DNA of 64,000 bases, taken from NCBI GenBank assembly GCA_964573095.1, contig CAZNIK010000001.1:56507-120506 (forward strand). The letters run 5' to 3'. Of this stretch, positions 39,322-48,655 are shown in pieces. The position numbers and the translations under genes are program-made. The DNA comes from an uncultured Candidatus Saccharibacteria bacterium (GTDB lineage Bacteria > Patescibacteriota > Saccharimonadia > Saccharimonadales > 2-12-FULL-41-12). The stretch's first letter is position 1, and each line of letters opens with the position of its first letter. Below the pieces are notes generated by a model. The model saw only the letters and a program-made list of their open reading frames with translations, searched no databases and was not told the DNA's origin.

Positions 39322-40482
39322 TTAGTTTGAGAAAACTCTGGTAATACGGTACCAAAGGGTTGGAGAGTTGCTTGGTAGTTTTTCGGGCGCACGTGATGAG
39401 TCGGTGGCGCTGCTTTCTTTGTTAGTGGATGGGTCTGGAAATATCTGTTCGGCTTGGACTATTAATCTATTTGTCGACGTGCCAGGGGGGTCACACGTAA
39501 TAAGTGTCATGGTGGACGGTCGATCGGTATTGTTTAGTACGCTCGTGTCTTTGGGATCTGTAACAAACTTGTTATAGACCTTATACACATATCGTTTTCC
39601 GTCTTTTTGAACGATGAAGGTATCGCCATTTTCAAGGCTTTTTAAAAGTATAAATGCAAATTTGTACTTGCCCTTGTTTAGGATGTTGCTGCTCGAGTGA
39701 CCAAAGATGACAGAGTTGCCCTTTTCGCCGGGATTGGGGGTCGTAATATAATGAACAACGCCATTTTCGAGTCCCTTTTGCACATCCTTTTCTTCTATGC
39801 TGGGCACGTCATAAATTACGGGTGCCTCCAGATTAATTTTTGGAATAATTATTTTCGCCTCTGGCCCAACTGGGCCACTGTTATTGGGGTCAACAATTAT
39901 TGGCGTGGCGCTCACATTTTGGCTCGGTCGAATGAAGGGGGCAATAAATCGCTCATTGAAAAAGCTAAACATTAAAATGACTACCACGAGCGTACCCATG
40001 CCCACTCCAAACACCATAGCTCGTACATGGTGGCTGTCGCGGAGTCGTTTTTGTGCCGAGACCTTCTTGAGCAGTTGTTTTTTGACATCGCCGTGACGGT
40101 TATTGCGTGGATGTGGGGTTGCATTTTTTTTGGGCAGTTCAGTTATTGGGGGTGTCTTTTTGTTTGTGGTTGCTGGTTGTCGCCTTTCTCGGTCGTGTTC
40201 GGCATAAAATTCTTGCCAAACCTCGTGTTTTTCCACGTCGCTGAGATTGACATAGTATTCGTGCCAAGCAGTCTGAATTTCGGCTAGTCCCTTCCCGGAG
40301 TCTGCTAGGCGCTTCATGTAGTTTTGATGTTTCGACGTCGACTTTCCGAGATGCGCTACTTCATCAATTTCTTCCTCCGCGCTGGGCTCTTCTGCATACA
40401 GGGCGTCAAGTTTACCACGAATAAGCTCCACGGCTTTGTCTTGAGCTAAATCTTCTTTGTTATTATTGCTTTGAGGGTCCAT
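39322..40482 (-). CDS. Sortase-family transpeptidase with long cytoplasmic N-terminal extension
   Basis: C-terminal catalytic domain with His (NSVIFGHSS), Cys (LTLITCDPPGT, the TLxTC motif) and Arg (TNRLIVQAE); a TM helix precedes it; the ~150-aa N-terminus is hydrophilic. Confidence 0.65.
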   Translation of the reverse strand: MDPQSNNNKEDLAQDKAVELIRGKLDALYAEEPSAEEEIDEVAHLGKSTSKHQNYMKRLADSGKGLAEIQTAWHEYYVNLSDVEKHEVWQEFYAEHDRERRQPATTNKKTPPITELPKKNATPHPRNNRHGDVKKQLLKKVSAQKRLRDSHHVRAMVFGVGMGTLVVVILMFSFFNERFIAPFIRPSQNVSATPIIVDPNNSGPVGPEAKIIIPKINLEAPVIYDVPSIEEKDVQKGLENGVVHYITTPNPGEKGNSVIFGHSSSNILNKGKYKFAFILLKSLENGDTFIVQKDGKRYVYKVYNKFVTDPKDTSVLNNTDRPSTMTLITCDPPGTSTNRLIVQAEQIFPDPSTNKESSATDSSRAPEKLPSNSPTLWYRITRVFSN

Positions 40483-40548
40483 AAAATAACCAGCTCAAAT
40501 AGAGGCTGTGTTAGTAATTATAGTATACTTACTTCGACAGTCATACGT

Positions 40549-40633
40549 GCCGGAGTGGCGGAATTGGTATACGCGTGCGACTCAAAATCGCATTCTTTCG
40601 GGATTGAGGGTTCGAGTCCCTCCTCCGGCACCA
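40549..40633 (+). tRNA. tRNA-Leu (anticodon CAA)
   Basis: 85 nt by manual fold: acceptor GCCGGAG/CTCCGGC, anticodon stem TGCGA/TCGCA with loop CTCAAAA (CAA), long variable arm, T-arm GAGGG-TTCGAGT-CCCTC, encoded CCA. Confidence 0.85.
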
Positions 40634-40724
40634 TTGAAATCTGTACGATTTTGAAATGGCATGGTGGCAAACACCTAAGAGTACTTGTTCTGTTGTGTCA
40701 TGTCTTTGGGATAAGGAGCGATAA

Positions 40725-41252
40725 GTGGGGCATCTGAACGTTGAGATAAAAGCACGATGTGATAACCAAGATATCATAAGGAACTACCTAAAAGAGCATA
40801 AGGCTGACTTTAAGGGCGTAGACCATCAAATAGATACGTATTTTATTGTGTCGAATGGTCGCTTAAAGCTAAGAGAAGGTGAAATTGAGAACTTTCTCAT
40901 TCACTATCAGCGTTCAGACCAAGCAGGACCTAAGCAGTCAATAATCACGCTTTATACTTCACAGCCGAATTCAACGCTTAAAGAAGCTCTGACAAAAGCC
41001 CTAGGCGTTTTGGTGGTTGTCGACAAAAAGCGGGAGATTTACTTTATTGAAAATGTAAAATTCCACATTGATGCGGTAAAAGGACTGGGTACGTTTATGG
41101 AAATCGAGGCCATAGACAAGGACGGCAACATCGGGAATGAGAAGCTAAATGAACAGTGCCAAAAATATCTAAAAGAAATGGGCATTAAAGATGAAGATTT
41201 AGTGTCTGTTTCTTATAGTGACTTACTGCTTAAGAAAGTGGCTGCCGTTTAA
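40725..41252 (+). CDS. CYTH-domain protein (class IV adenylate cyclase CyaB / triphosphate tunnel metalloenzyme family)
   Basis: 175 aa; the N-terminal NVEIKARC motif (ExExK-type) and size are typical of stand-alone CYTH proteins. Confidence 0.6.
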   Translation: MGHLNVEIKARCDNQDIIRNYLKEHKADFKGVDHQIDTYFIVSNGRLKLREGEIENFLIHYQRSDQAGPKQSIITLYTSQPNSTLKEALTKALGVLVVVDKKREIYFIENVKFHIDAVKGLGTFMEIEAIDKDGNIGNEKLNEQCQKYLKEMGIKDEDLVSVSYSDLLLKKVAAV

Positions 41253-41340
41253 AATACGCCAGCTATCTTGCATGCAAAAACATTGCAATCTTGCAGTTGT
41301 TCCATTTTTTGGTGTCCTTGTACGGTAAGGACACCATGGT

Positions 41341-42114
41341 CTAGATTTTTGTTTCCCAGCAGGCGCACGCGAGCGCCTCTTTTATCTTTGTGGGGTTCTG
41401 AAGAGCCCACACGGCCGCTAGCGGAGCAATATTCTCATTTTGCGACGAAGTAGTTGAGATTACTTCGCCTTGATGTGTCACCCACAGCGTCTGGTTGTCG
41501 ACTACCATTACAAAACTTCTGCAACTCTCCGAGACTTCTTTGAGCGACTGCGCAAATTGAGGGGGTGCCTGGGTAGACGTTATCGGTTGCAGTACTTTTA
41601 GCTCGCGGGCAGCATTCTGAATGTCGCGGTGGGTAAACATCACCACTCGTTGATCAGATGACAAGATGTCGGACGCGTCAAGCGTTATAGTGGTGAGGGC
41701 ATTTGTGGCGATAATCATCGTTTTGGGACAGGTTTGCATGAACTGCTCAATCAATAGACTTGTTTCGCTATTCTTGCCAAGATCACCAGCAATCAAGACA
41801 CCATCTGACCAGCGGGCGAGTTCTAAAAGCTCTGCCAGAGAGGTTTTTGCAAACCCACCGCTTGGATTGCTCGGGGCGTACTCAATAAAATCAAAACCGT
41901 GTGTTATTTTGCGCAGACTATCTGGAACAACTGCCCGCACATGTCCCGCCCCCGCCGCGCTGGATCCGGCGAAGCTTCGGGCAACAACAGAGAATCCCGC
42001 AGAACTTCCACCAATAATCAACAACTTACCTGCTCCACGCTTTGTGACTGGCTTGCTCCAAAGTAGGTCTGGATATAACGGCTTATCCCTTTGCTGCTTC
42101 CAGTAGCCCGCCAC
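41341..42114 (-). CDS. NAD(P)H-hydrate dehydratase-like (YjeF C-terminal / carbohydrate-kinase fold) protein
   Basis: KRGAGKLLIIGGSSAGFSVVARSFAGSSAAGAGHVRAVVP...DGVLIAGDLG fits the YjeF_C pattern. Confidence 0.5.
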   Translation of the reverse strand: MAGYWKQQRDKPLYPDLLWSKPVTKRGAGKLLIIGGSSAGFSVVARSFAGSSAAGAGHVRAVVPDSLRKITHGFDFIEYAPSNPSGGFAKTSLAELLELARWSDGVLIAGDLGKNSETSLLIEQFMQTCPKTMIIATNALTTITLDASDILSSDQRVVMFTHRDIQNAARELKVLQPITSTQAPPQFAQSLKEVSESCRSFVMVVDNQTLWVTHQGEVISTTSSQNENIAPLAAVWALQNPTKIKEALACACWETKI

Positions 42115-43040
42115 TAAAAAATCAATCCTATCAGTGTTTGGCCTACGTCGTAGTTTGAGCGATCAGAGCCAGAGTGGCCTGCAAGGGTCCAGTGTAGTTG
42201 ACTGTTTGGGAGGGCGTTGTGGAGTGCGTAGGCCGACGCTGGCAAGCACACCATGTCATACCGACCGTGCACAATATGAATTGGCATGGTGAGTTTGTTG
42301 GCGTTTTTTAGTATGTAATCGTCTTTGATAAAACAGTTATTGCTGACGTAGTGGGCAATTATACGAGCGTAGGATATGTCGTAGTCTTCGTAATCTCGAA
42401 GCTTAAATCGATGATCCAAGGGAATAATGCTTCCCTCACCTTCTGTGTAGTGGTAGGCTGCCTTTTTTGAGTTTTTTTCGAGAATTTGTTGGCGGAGGTA
42501 TGCACCGGGACGGTCCAAATATTTCTTTGGAATATTCTTTACGTAAAATTCGTATACTTCTGGAAAAAAGATGCGATATCCGGCGTTGTCAAACCAGTCT
42601 AGCTCTTCTTTTGTGCCAAGCATAATCCCGGCAATAAGCATTTTGCTGACCCGCTCTGGGTGCGAAATTCCGTACATGAGCGCCAGGGTTGAACCCCACG
42701 AACCCCCGTAAAGCGCAAATTTTTTGATTGCGAGCTTTGAGCGAATAAGCTCAATATCCGCTATTAAATGGTCGGTGGTGTTGTGTTGTATCGATCCTTT
42801 AGGAATACTGTTCCCTGCGCCGCGTTGGTCGAAAAAAACTACATAATGTTTTTTAGGGTCAAAACGGTCTTTGTGCTTGTCGGACAGACCAGCTCCAGGC
42901 CCACCGTGCAGGAAGATAATCGGCGTGCCTTTGTCATTTCCCCACTCTTGTACATATATTGTGTGATGTCCGTCTGTGGTTTTCCATCTGTGTTCAGCGA
43001 TGGTGTGTTTATCTCGAGTAAAATTTTTTAGACCACTCAT
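42114..43040 (-). CDS. pip: Proline iminopeptidase (S33 alpha/beta-hydrolase)
   Basis: 308 aa; nucleophile elbow GGSWGS, and HGGPG near the N-terminus, typical of prolyl aminopeptidases. Confidence 0.65.
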   Translation of the reverse strand: MSGLKNFTRDKHTIAEHRWKTTDGHHTIYVQEWGNDKGTPIIFLHGGPGAGLSDKHKDRFDPKKHYVVFFDQRGAGNSIPKGSIQHNTTDHLIADIELIRSKLAIKKFALYGGSWGSTLALMYGISHPERVSKMLIAGIMLGTKEELDWFDNAGYRIFFPEVYEFYVKNIPKKYLDRPGAYLRQQILEKNSKKAAYHYTEGEGSIIPLDHRFKLRDYEDYDISYARIIAHYVSNNCFIKDDYILKNANKLTMPIHIVHGRYDMVCLPASAYALHNALPNSQLHWTLAGHSGSDRSNYDVGQTLIGLIF

Positions 43041-43059
43041 ATGAATGAAGTATACCCTC

Positions 43060-44292
43060 TTAAGACGCTTGAAGCCTACGGAGATTTACTGCATCGGACA
43101 GTAGGTTTAACATTTTTTCTGTTTCCGCAAGGCCGACACAGCCATCAGTTATGCTTTGGCCATAGACCAGGTTTTTCTGGTCATCAAGCGATTGTGATCC
43201 CTCTACAAGATTACTCTCTATCATTACGCCCTTGATCGCCACTTCTCCGAGCGCAATCTGATGAGAAACATTGCTGATCACCTCGGCTTGCTTTCGAAAA
43301 TCCTTGTTACTATTTGCGTGCGCGGCATCAATTAGTATGGCTTCGAGCAAGTTTTTGTCGCGAAGGATGTTTTTCGCAGCCTCAACCTGTGCAGGAAAAT
43401 AATTTGGTCCTTCTTGGCTTCCCCGAAGAATAATGTGGGCCATCACGTTTCCTGTGGTCGTCACTTGCATCGGAGTGCCTTGCATATTCATGCCCAAAAA
43501 GTCGTGTGGTGCGTTGGCAGCTACTACTGCTTCGGCTGCTGCCTGGATGCTGCCTTCGGGAGTGTTTTTGAAACCAACTGGAGAAGATGTACCAGAAGCA
43601 TATTCTCGGGCTTTTTGGTCAGTGGTATTTCTCGCACCAATTGCATCGTAGGCAACAAGCCCGTTAAAGTACTGAGGCGTATTAGCGTTTAATCGTTCCA
43701 TGGCGATGGGCATGCCTAGGTTTGTAATTTGACACGACAACATTCTAGATAAAACTATTCCAAGGTTAATATCGTTTGAGTCGTCGAGCCTGGGGTCGTA
43801 TTCAAAACCTTTCCAGCCAAGTTCGGTTCTTGGTTTTGCCATGTACGCTCGCATGACAATCTCAAGATTATCCTTATGAAATTCGCGCTGCTCGTAAAGC
43901 CAGCTTGCGTATTCCAGAGCGCTTTCGGCGTCGTGAATCGAGCATGGTCCCACAATCGCGACCAAGCGATCATCTTTACTCGAAAGGATCGCTTCAATAG
44001 AGGATCGACTTTTGCGGGTGGTGTTTGCGCTTTCTTCGGTAACCGGTAAAACTTGCGCCAGCGCCTTTGGGGTAAGGACTGGTGTTTTTTCTGCAATTCG
44101 AGTGTCAACAATATCATCTTCGTTTATCTCCGTGGTTGGTTTGTACCCAAGGTCCTCTCGCACATTTTCGAGGAGCTGTAGTTCGGTTTGTTCGGCAACC
44201 TCAGCCGCGCGTTCTTGTATGCGTAGCAGCGAATCCTTTATTCGTTCAGCCTCATGGATGGGGTTTAATTGTGGTGTTGTTTCTGGTGACAT
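43060..44292 (-). CDS. aroG: 3-deoxy-7-phosphoheptulonate (DAHP) synthase, class I (AroF/G/H type) with ~50-aa N-terminal extension
   Basis: KDDRLVAIVGPCSIHD and the downstream class-I motifs; strong RBS AAAGGAGAAG 7 nt before the ATG at 44292. Confidence 0.8.
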   Translation of the reverse strand: MSPETTPQLNPIHEAERIKDSLLRIQERAAEVAEQTELQLLENVREDLGYKPTTEINEDDIVDTRIAEKTPVLTPKALAQVLPVTEESANTTRKSRSSIEAILSSKDDRLVAIVGPCSIHDAESALEYASWLYEQREFHKDNLEIVMRAYMAKPRTELGWKGFEYDPRLDDSNDINLGIVLSRMLSCQITNLGMPIAMERLNANTPQYFNGLVAYDAIGARNTTDQKAREYASGTSSPVGFKNTPEGSIQAAAEAVVAANAPHDFLGMNMQGTPMQVTTTGNVMAHIILRGSQEGPNYFPAQVEAAKNILRDKNLLEAILIDAAHANSNKDFRKQAEVISNVSHQIALGEVAIKGVMIESNLVEGSQSLDDQKNLVYGQSITDGCVGLAETEKMLNLLSDAVNLRRLQAS

Positions 44293-44307
44293 TACTTCTC
44301 CTTTAGA

Positions 44308-44335
44308 ATAATAAAAAACCGCCGTAGTGGCGGTG
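44308..44335 (-). terminator. Intrinsic terminator in aroG leader (attenuator): CCGCCACTACGGCGG + U6
   Basis: On the minus strand: CACCGCCACTACGGCGGTTTTTTATTATT, sitting between the leader-peptide ORF and the aroG RBS. Confidence 0.6.
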
Positions 44336-44357
44336 TAGCTTACTGACTTTAGTTAAT

Positions 44358-44435
44358 CTATTTTTTAGATTGCAGGTGCATACCGCCGCTTTTTCGGCTC
44401 GTAAACCAGAAGAAACTATAGTATGCGTTACTCAT
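44358..44435 (-). CDS. aroG leader peptide (25 aa: MSNAYYSFFWFTSRKSGGMHLQSKK), aromatic-codon attenuation sensor
   Basis: A minus-strand ATG at 44435 opens a 25-codon ORF containing the run Tyr-Tyr-Ser-Phe-Phe-Trp-Phe. It ends 22 nt before the terminator hairpin. The GCGGCGG segment inside the ORF can alternatively pair with the 5' arm of the terminator, giving an antiterminator. Confidence 0.55.
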   Translation of the reverse strand: MSNAYYSFFWFTSRKSGGMHLQSKK

Positions 44436-44564
44436 AACTATTAGAGATGATAACCCATAATCGCCCCAAATGGCAAGGTGTGGATAAGAAGGGTTGACGC
44501 ATAAGCGCTTTATGCTACTATCAGAGTTAGTATCTAAAAAAACTAAAAAACAAAAAGGTTAAAC

Positions 44565-44855
44565 ATGTCAAAAAGCAAATTAGTAAATTCCGAGCATGGC
44601 ATTGCCCATCTTGGGTTAATTCTGGTTGCTCTCGTTGTTATTGGGGTGGCGGGCTTCGCAGCCTACCGCGTAACCAGCCAAAACAACAAGAACGATAGTG
44701 TTGCAACCAACCAACAAACTGCAGCAGATGAAGATTCTGATATGGCCTACGACGATAGCTCGAAAGCGCTTGAGAAGAGCATCGAAAATTCAGATAAAGA
44801 TGTGAATGCTCAAAGCGATGCATCTACAAATGCTTCGGAGGCTAGCAATGAATAA
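44565..44855 (+). CDS. Hypothetical small membrane protein with acidic tail
   Basis: 96 aa; one TM (LGLILVALVVIGVAGFAAY) followed by a D/E/S-rich tail. Confidence 0.3.
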   Translation: MSKSKLVNSEHGIAHLGLILVALVVIGVAGFAAYRVTSQNNKNDSVATNQQTAADEDSDMAYDDSSKALEKSIENSDKDVNAQSDASTNASEASNE

Positions 44856-45951
44856 GAATCACTTAAAGCAAATTAGTTTATTTGGTATAAGCGCCGTATT
44901 TTCCCTATCCGTTTTGGCGGTTCCAGTAGCAGTTAGGGCGGCCACAACCGGCGGTACTGCTGCCCCAAGTTCGACAGACCAAGGCATCTCGGTGACGTTC
45001 AAAAGCGAAGCCGATTGTGTAGCTGGTGTACAAGCTGCGTCACTCGAAAAAATTAAGGCGTACGGCGAAAACAGAGTTAAGGGTCGCCTTAACAGCATTA
45101 ATTTCAAAAGCAAGTCGGGCGAAGGCAGTAAGTTTGGTAACGACGTATCGATAGAAAAATTTTACAAAGTTAAAATTGATGCGCTTAACAATCATAAGGC
45201 CGAAGCAGATAAACTGATCAAGCAAGAAACAGCCAAAGTGTCTCAACCAACAGGTGGGGTCGCGGCTCCCGCAACTGTTGATGTTTCAAGCTATGTCACT
45301 CGATTGGAAACTGACAAGCGTGACATGAAGGCCGTAGTGGCAAATGCAAAAACTGTGCTTACAAAAAGCCAGGCTGATCTAAAGACCGCAGACTCACAGC
45401 AAAAAGCTGCCGAAGCAGCTTGTGCTGCGGTTTGGAAAACAAGAATGCAGACCTATCAATGGCAGCGCTGGCTCAATCAACAGAGTATTGACAATTCTTA
45501 CCTAAATCTTGCGCTGGTTGACGTAAGTAACCAAGTTGCAACTAAGCTTTCGGTGTTAACCAAGGCTAATCCAACTGCTAACAAAGCAGCCTTGGCACAA
45601 GTGAAGACTTTGCCGGATGTTGCACCGGTGCTAAAAAGTCTCGACGCAACCAACGGTGTACTTAAGGGAATAACTATTGACGAGATTAATCAAATCCCAT
45701 CAACGGCGAGTCCTGCAGCGACAAAAGCCTACTTCGCGACCAAGGTTGGCAACCTTAAGGCTACTAAGGCCCAGATTAAGCAAATGTATGAAGCCTCCAA
45801 GAAAGTTAAGGAAGCAGTTCGTGCAGAAGTAAAGAAGAGTTACAAAGGAACGGCTCAAGCAAAAAAAGTCGAAACCAAGCAAGGCGTTGACGTAAAAAAG
45901 AATAACAGCTCATCTACGCGCCAAGGAGGAACTCAAGCTCCTAGCCGATAG
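44806..45951 (+). CDS. Hypothetical secreted/membrane-anchored protein (signal peptide, Ala/Lys-rich coiled-coil-like)
   Basis: 381 aa; N-terminal signal-like helix (ISLFGISAVFSLSVLAVPVAVRAA); no recognised domain. Confidence 0.35.
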   Translation: MLKAMHLQMLRRLAMNKNHLKQISLFGISAVFSLSVLAVPVAVRAATTGGTAAPSSTDQGISVTFKSEADCVAGVQAASLEKIKAYGENRVKGRLNSINFKSKSGEGSKFGNDVSIEKFYKVKIDALNNHKAEADKLIKQETAKVSQPTGGVAAPATVDVSSYVTRLETDKRDMKAVVANAKTVLTKSQADLKTADSQQKAAEAACAAVWKTRMQTYQWQRWLNQQSIDNSYLNLALVDVSNQVATKLSVLTKANPTANKAALAQVKTLPDVAPVLKSLDATNGVLKGITIDEINQIPSTASPAATKAYFATKVGNLKATKAQIKQMYEASKKVKEAVRAEVKKSYKGTAQAKKVETKQGVDVKKNNSSSTRQGGTQAPSR

Positions 45952-46142
45952 TAACAAGAGTGCGTTTTAGATAAAGACCTCTCCCTTGGGTGGGCGAGGT
46001 CTTTTCTTTTTTCTCTCACTCAGTCATCCCAAGATGCTTCGGCACCAAGTATCACATTACAAAAGTACTACATTATTAAGCGATCGCTTAATAATGTAGT
46101 ACTAATTCTAATTTTGGATTGTGTTTACTTAAAAAAATGAGG

Positions 46143-46943
46143 CTAGGACAGCTCAATGCTGACTGGGCAGTGATCAGAGCCCATTACGCTGGGGTGTATT
46201 TGTCCATCAGATACTTTATTTTTTAGGCTTTTTGAAACCATTATGTAGTCTATGCGCCAGCCAACGTTTCGAGCACGGGCGTTCGCCCAGTGCGTCCACC
46301 AAGTGTAATGACCATTCCCTTTGGTGAATTGCCGGAAGGTGTCGACAAATCCAGCGTCGATAAAATTTTGGAAGCCCTCTCGCTCCTCGTCTGTAAAACC
46401 GTGTTTTCCGACATTTGGTTTTGGGTTTGCCAGGTCATCCTCAGTGTGCGCAACATTGAGGTCGCCCATGAAAATCACTGGCTTTTTTTGCTCGAGTTGC
46501 TTCATGTAGTCCAGGAAAGCCTTGTCCCATGCTTCATGTCGCAGCTTAAGGCGCGTCAAATCGCCCTTGGAATTGGGGGTGTAGACACTCACAATATAGA
46601 ACTCTGGAAATTCAGCCGCAATAATTCGCCCTTCCCTGGTCGGGTCGCCGTAGGTATCGGATATGTCGCCGTATTTTTTTGTGATTGACTGCGGGAAGTC
46701 GTTGATAACCGACAACGGTTTTATTTTCGTAAATATAGCCGTTCCAGAATAGCCTCGCTTTTCGGCGCTGTTCCAGTATTCAATATAGTCTGGGAGGTCT
46801 ACTTCAGACTGATCAGCAAGGGCTTTGGTTTCTTGCAGGCACAAAATATCTGGTTGATGATCATTAATAAACGGCAAAAATAGCCCTTTGTTATGCACTG
46901 CCCGAATGCCATTGACGTTCCAAGAATATATTTTCATTGCCAC
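46143..46943 (-). CDS. xth: Exodeoxyribonuclease III (AP endonuclease)
   Basis: 266 aa; MKIYSWNVNGIRA N-terminus and the C-terminal SDHCPV motif of the EEP/ExoIII family. Confidence 0.85.
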   Translation of the reverse strand: MAMKIYSWNVNGIRAVHNKGLFLPFINDHQPDILCLQETKALADQSEVDLPDYIEYWNSAEKRGYSGTAIFTKIKPLSVINDFPQSITKKYGDISDTYGDPTREGRIIAAEFPEFYIVSVYTPNSKGDLTRLKLRHEAWDKAFLDYMKQLEQKKPVIFMGDLNVAHTEDDLANPKPNVGKHGFTDEEREGFQNFIDAGFVDTFRQFTKGNGHYTWWTHWANARARNVGWRIDYIMVSKSLKNKVSDGQIHPSVMGSDHCPVSIELS

Positions 46944-47001
46944 TCACCTCTTTGCTGCGATTGTAGCACGATACGGTGTTTGCTACACTAAGCCGTTAGA
47001 T

Positions 47002-47709
47002 ATGGCATACAGAAGAGTACTTTTAAAGCTGTCTGGTGAACAACTTGCCGGAAAATATGACAATGGTATTGACCCAGATCGAGCTAAGTACTTTGCGCAC
47101 GAAGTAAAAAAGGTTGCCGAAGGCGGCACCGAGGTTTTGATAATGATCGGTGGCGGAAATTTTGTTCGTGGCGCCCAAACTGCGGGACATGGTATTCGCC
47201 GGGTGACTGCCGATCAAATGGGTATGTTAGCAACCTTAATCAATGCGCTTGCCCTCACAGACATATTTGAAAGCGAGGGTGTAAAAACCCGCTGTCTTAG
47301 TAGTATTTTTGCCCAACAAGTCGCGGAGCCTTTTGTATATCGCCTTGCCAACAAGCACCTAGAAAAAGGTCGTGTCGTAATTGCTGCAGGAGGCACCGGC
47401 AGGCCGTATATGACGACCGACACAGCGGCGGTATCTCTTGCGCTTGAACTCGACTGCGAGATTGTCCTAAAAGCAACAAAAGTTGACGGAGTATATGATA
47501 AGGACCCCAAGAAATATTCTGAAGCGAAGCGCTTCGAGGCCCTCACCTACCAACAGGCCGTTGAAGACTCGAACATCAAAGTGATGGATAAAGCCGCGAT
47601 GGGCCTTGCCATGGAGCAAGGAATGAAACTTATCATTTTTAACGCAATGCAAGAAGGCGCAATTTCTCGGGCAGTATCTGGTGGAGAAGTCGGTACCACA
47701 ATACGCTAA
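47002..47709 (+). CDS. pyrH: UMP kinase
   Basis: RVLLKLSGEQLAG, GGGNFVRG and the amino-acid-kinase fold; the start was set at MAYRR (the ORF extends to 46888 but overlaps the xth start). Confidence 0.85.
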   Translation: MAYRRVLLKLSGEQLAGKYDNGIDPDRAKYFAHEVKKVAEGGTEVLIMIGGGNFVRGAQTAGHGIRRVTADQMGMLATLINALALTDIFESEGVKTRCLSSIFAQQVAEPFVYRLANKHLEKGRVVIAAGGTGRPYMTTDTAAVSLALELDCEIVLKATKVDGVYDKDPKKYSEAKRFEALTYQQAVEDSNIKVMDKAAMGLAMEQGMKLIIFNAMQEGAISRAVSGGEVGTTIR

Positions 47710-47730
47710 TCTTGGCCTGGAGATTGTTAT

Positions 47731-48459
47731 ATGAAAAAAATACTGATCGTTCAAGTTCGACCGGAGGATGAAGCTGCCGACAACGAACTCGAAGCGTTTT
47801 TAAAATTTGGACAATTATCGAGCGATGCAATCCACAGAGTGCAGGCTGACAGAGAGGCTATGGGAGATATTGACCTTTCTAACTATGCGGCCGTTATTGT
47901 CGGTGGTGGACCTCTCAACGTCAGCGACGCCGAAAAATCCGAACAAGCGATGCGAGCGGAGCAAGATATATTCGCGCTGCTTGATAAAGTTGTTGAGCAT
48001 GACTTTCCGTTTTTGGGGGCGTGTTATGGCTTCGGTGCGCTTGTGGCACACCAGCGTGCCATGGTGTCAAAGGAGCAGTATAGTGAGGATGTTGGCGCTA
48101 TTACGATTGTGCGAACCCGCGACGGCGACAGGGATCCACTGTTAAAAAATCTACCAGCAGAATTTCGGGCATTTGGCGGGCACAAAGAAGCCTGCCAGAC
48201 CCTTCCCTACAGTGCAACGCTACTTGCGGGGTCTGAAAACTGCCCCGTACAAATGATTCGAATTAAAAATAATATCTATGCTACTCAGTTTCATCCCGAG
48301 CTTGATACCAATGGAATTGTCCTACGAATCAACGTCTATCGTCACGCAGGCTATTTTCCTCCAGAACAGGCTGATGAACTTATTGCGACTGTAAAAAAAG
48401 AAGTCGTTAGCTTCCCGCCCGTAATTCTGGAAAATTTTATGGCCCGCTACCGCATATAA
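47731..48459 (+). CDS. Class I glutamine amidotransferase-like protein
   Basis: 242 aa; nucleophile elbow GACYGFG and a C-terminal His/Glu region (QFHPELD) typical of GATase1. Confidence 0.55.
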   Translation: MKKILIVQVRPEDEAADNELEAFLKFGQLSSDAIHRVQADREAMGDIDLSNYAAVIVGGGPLNVSDAEKSEQAMRAEQDIFALLDKVVEHDFPFLGACYGFGALVAHQRAMVSKEQYSEDVGAITIVRTRDGDRDPLLKNLPAEFRAFGGHKEACQTLPYSATLLAGSENCPVQMIRIKNNIYATQFHPELDTNGIVLRINVYRHAGYFPPEQADELIATVKKEVVSFPPVILENFMARYRI

Positions 48460-48655
48460 ATTCGGAAATTATTGGCGGTACATTTGATTCTGGAATTTTC
48501 CACCTGTTTTGCTTCTTACATCTCTCCATCAAAATGAGACACGGCCTAAGCTCGCACAATCCATTTTTGACAGATGCAGGTCTATGTACTATAGTATATG
48601 ATATTTAAGCAGTTTAATTCAAAGACCTCTATGGTTTAAGGAGTAAGTACTCGCG

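Noticed and set aside
44293-44340. Interpreting the hairpin + A-run as a plus-strand terminator for an upstream gene
   Set aside because: There is no plus-strand gene ending there. On the minus strand it is hairpin + U6 directly before the aroG RBS and after an aromatic-rich leader ORF, so the attenuator explanation fits better.
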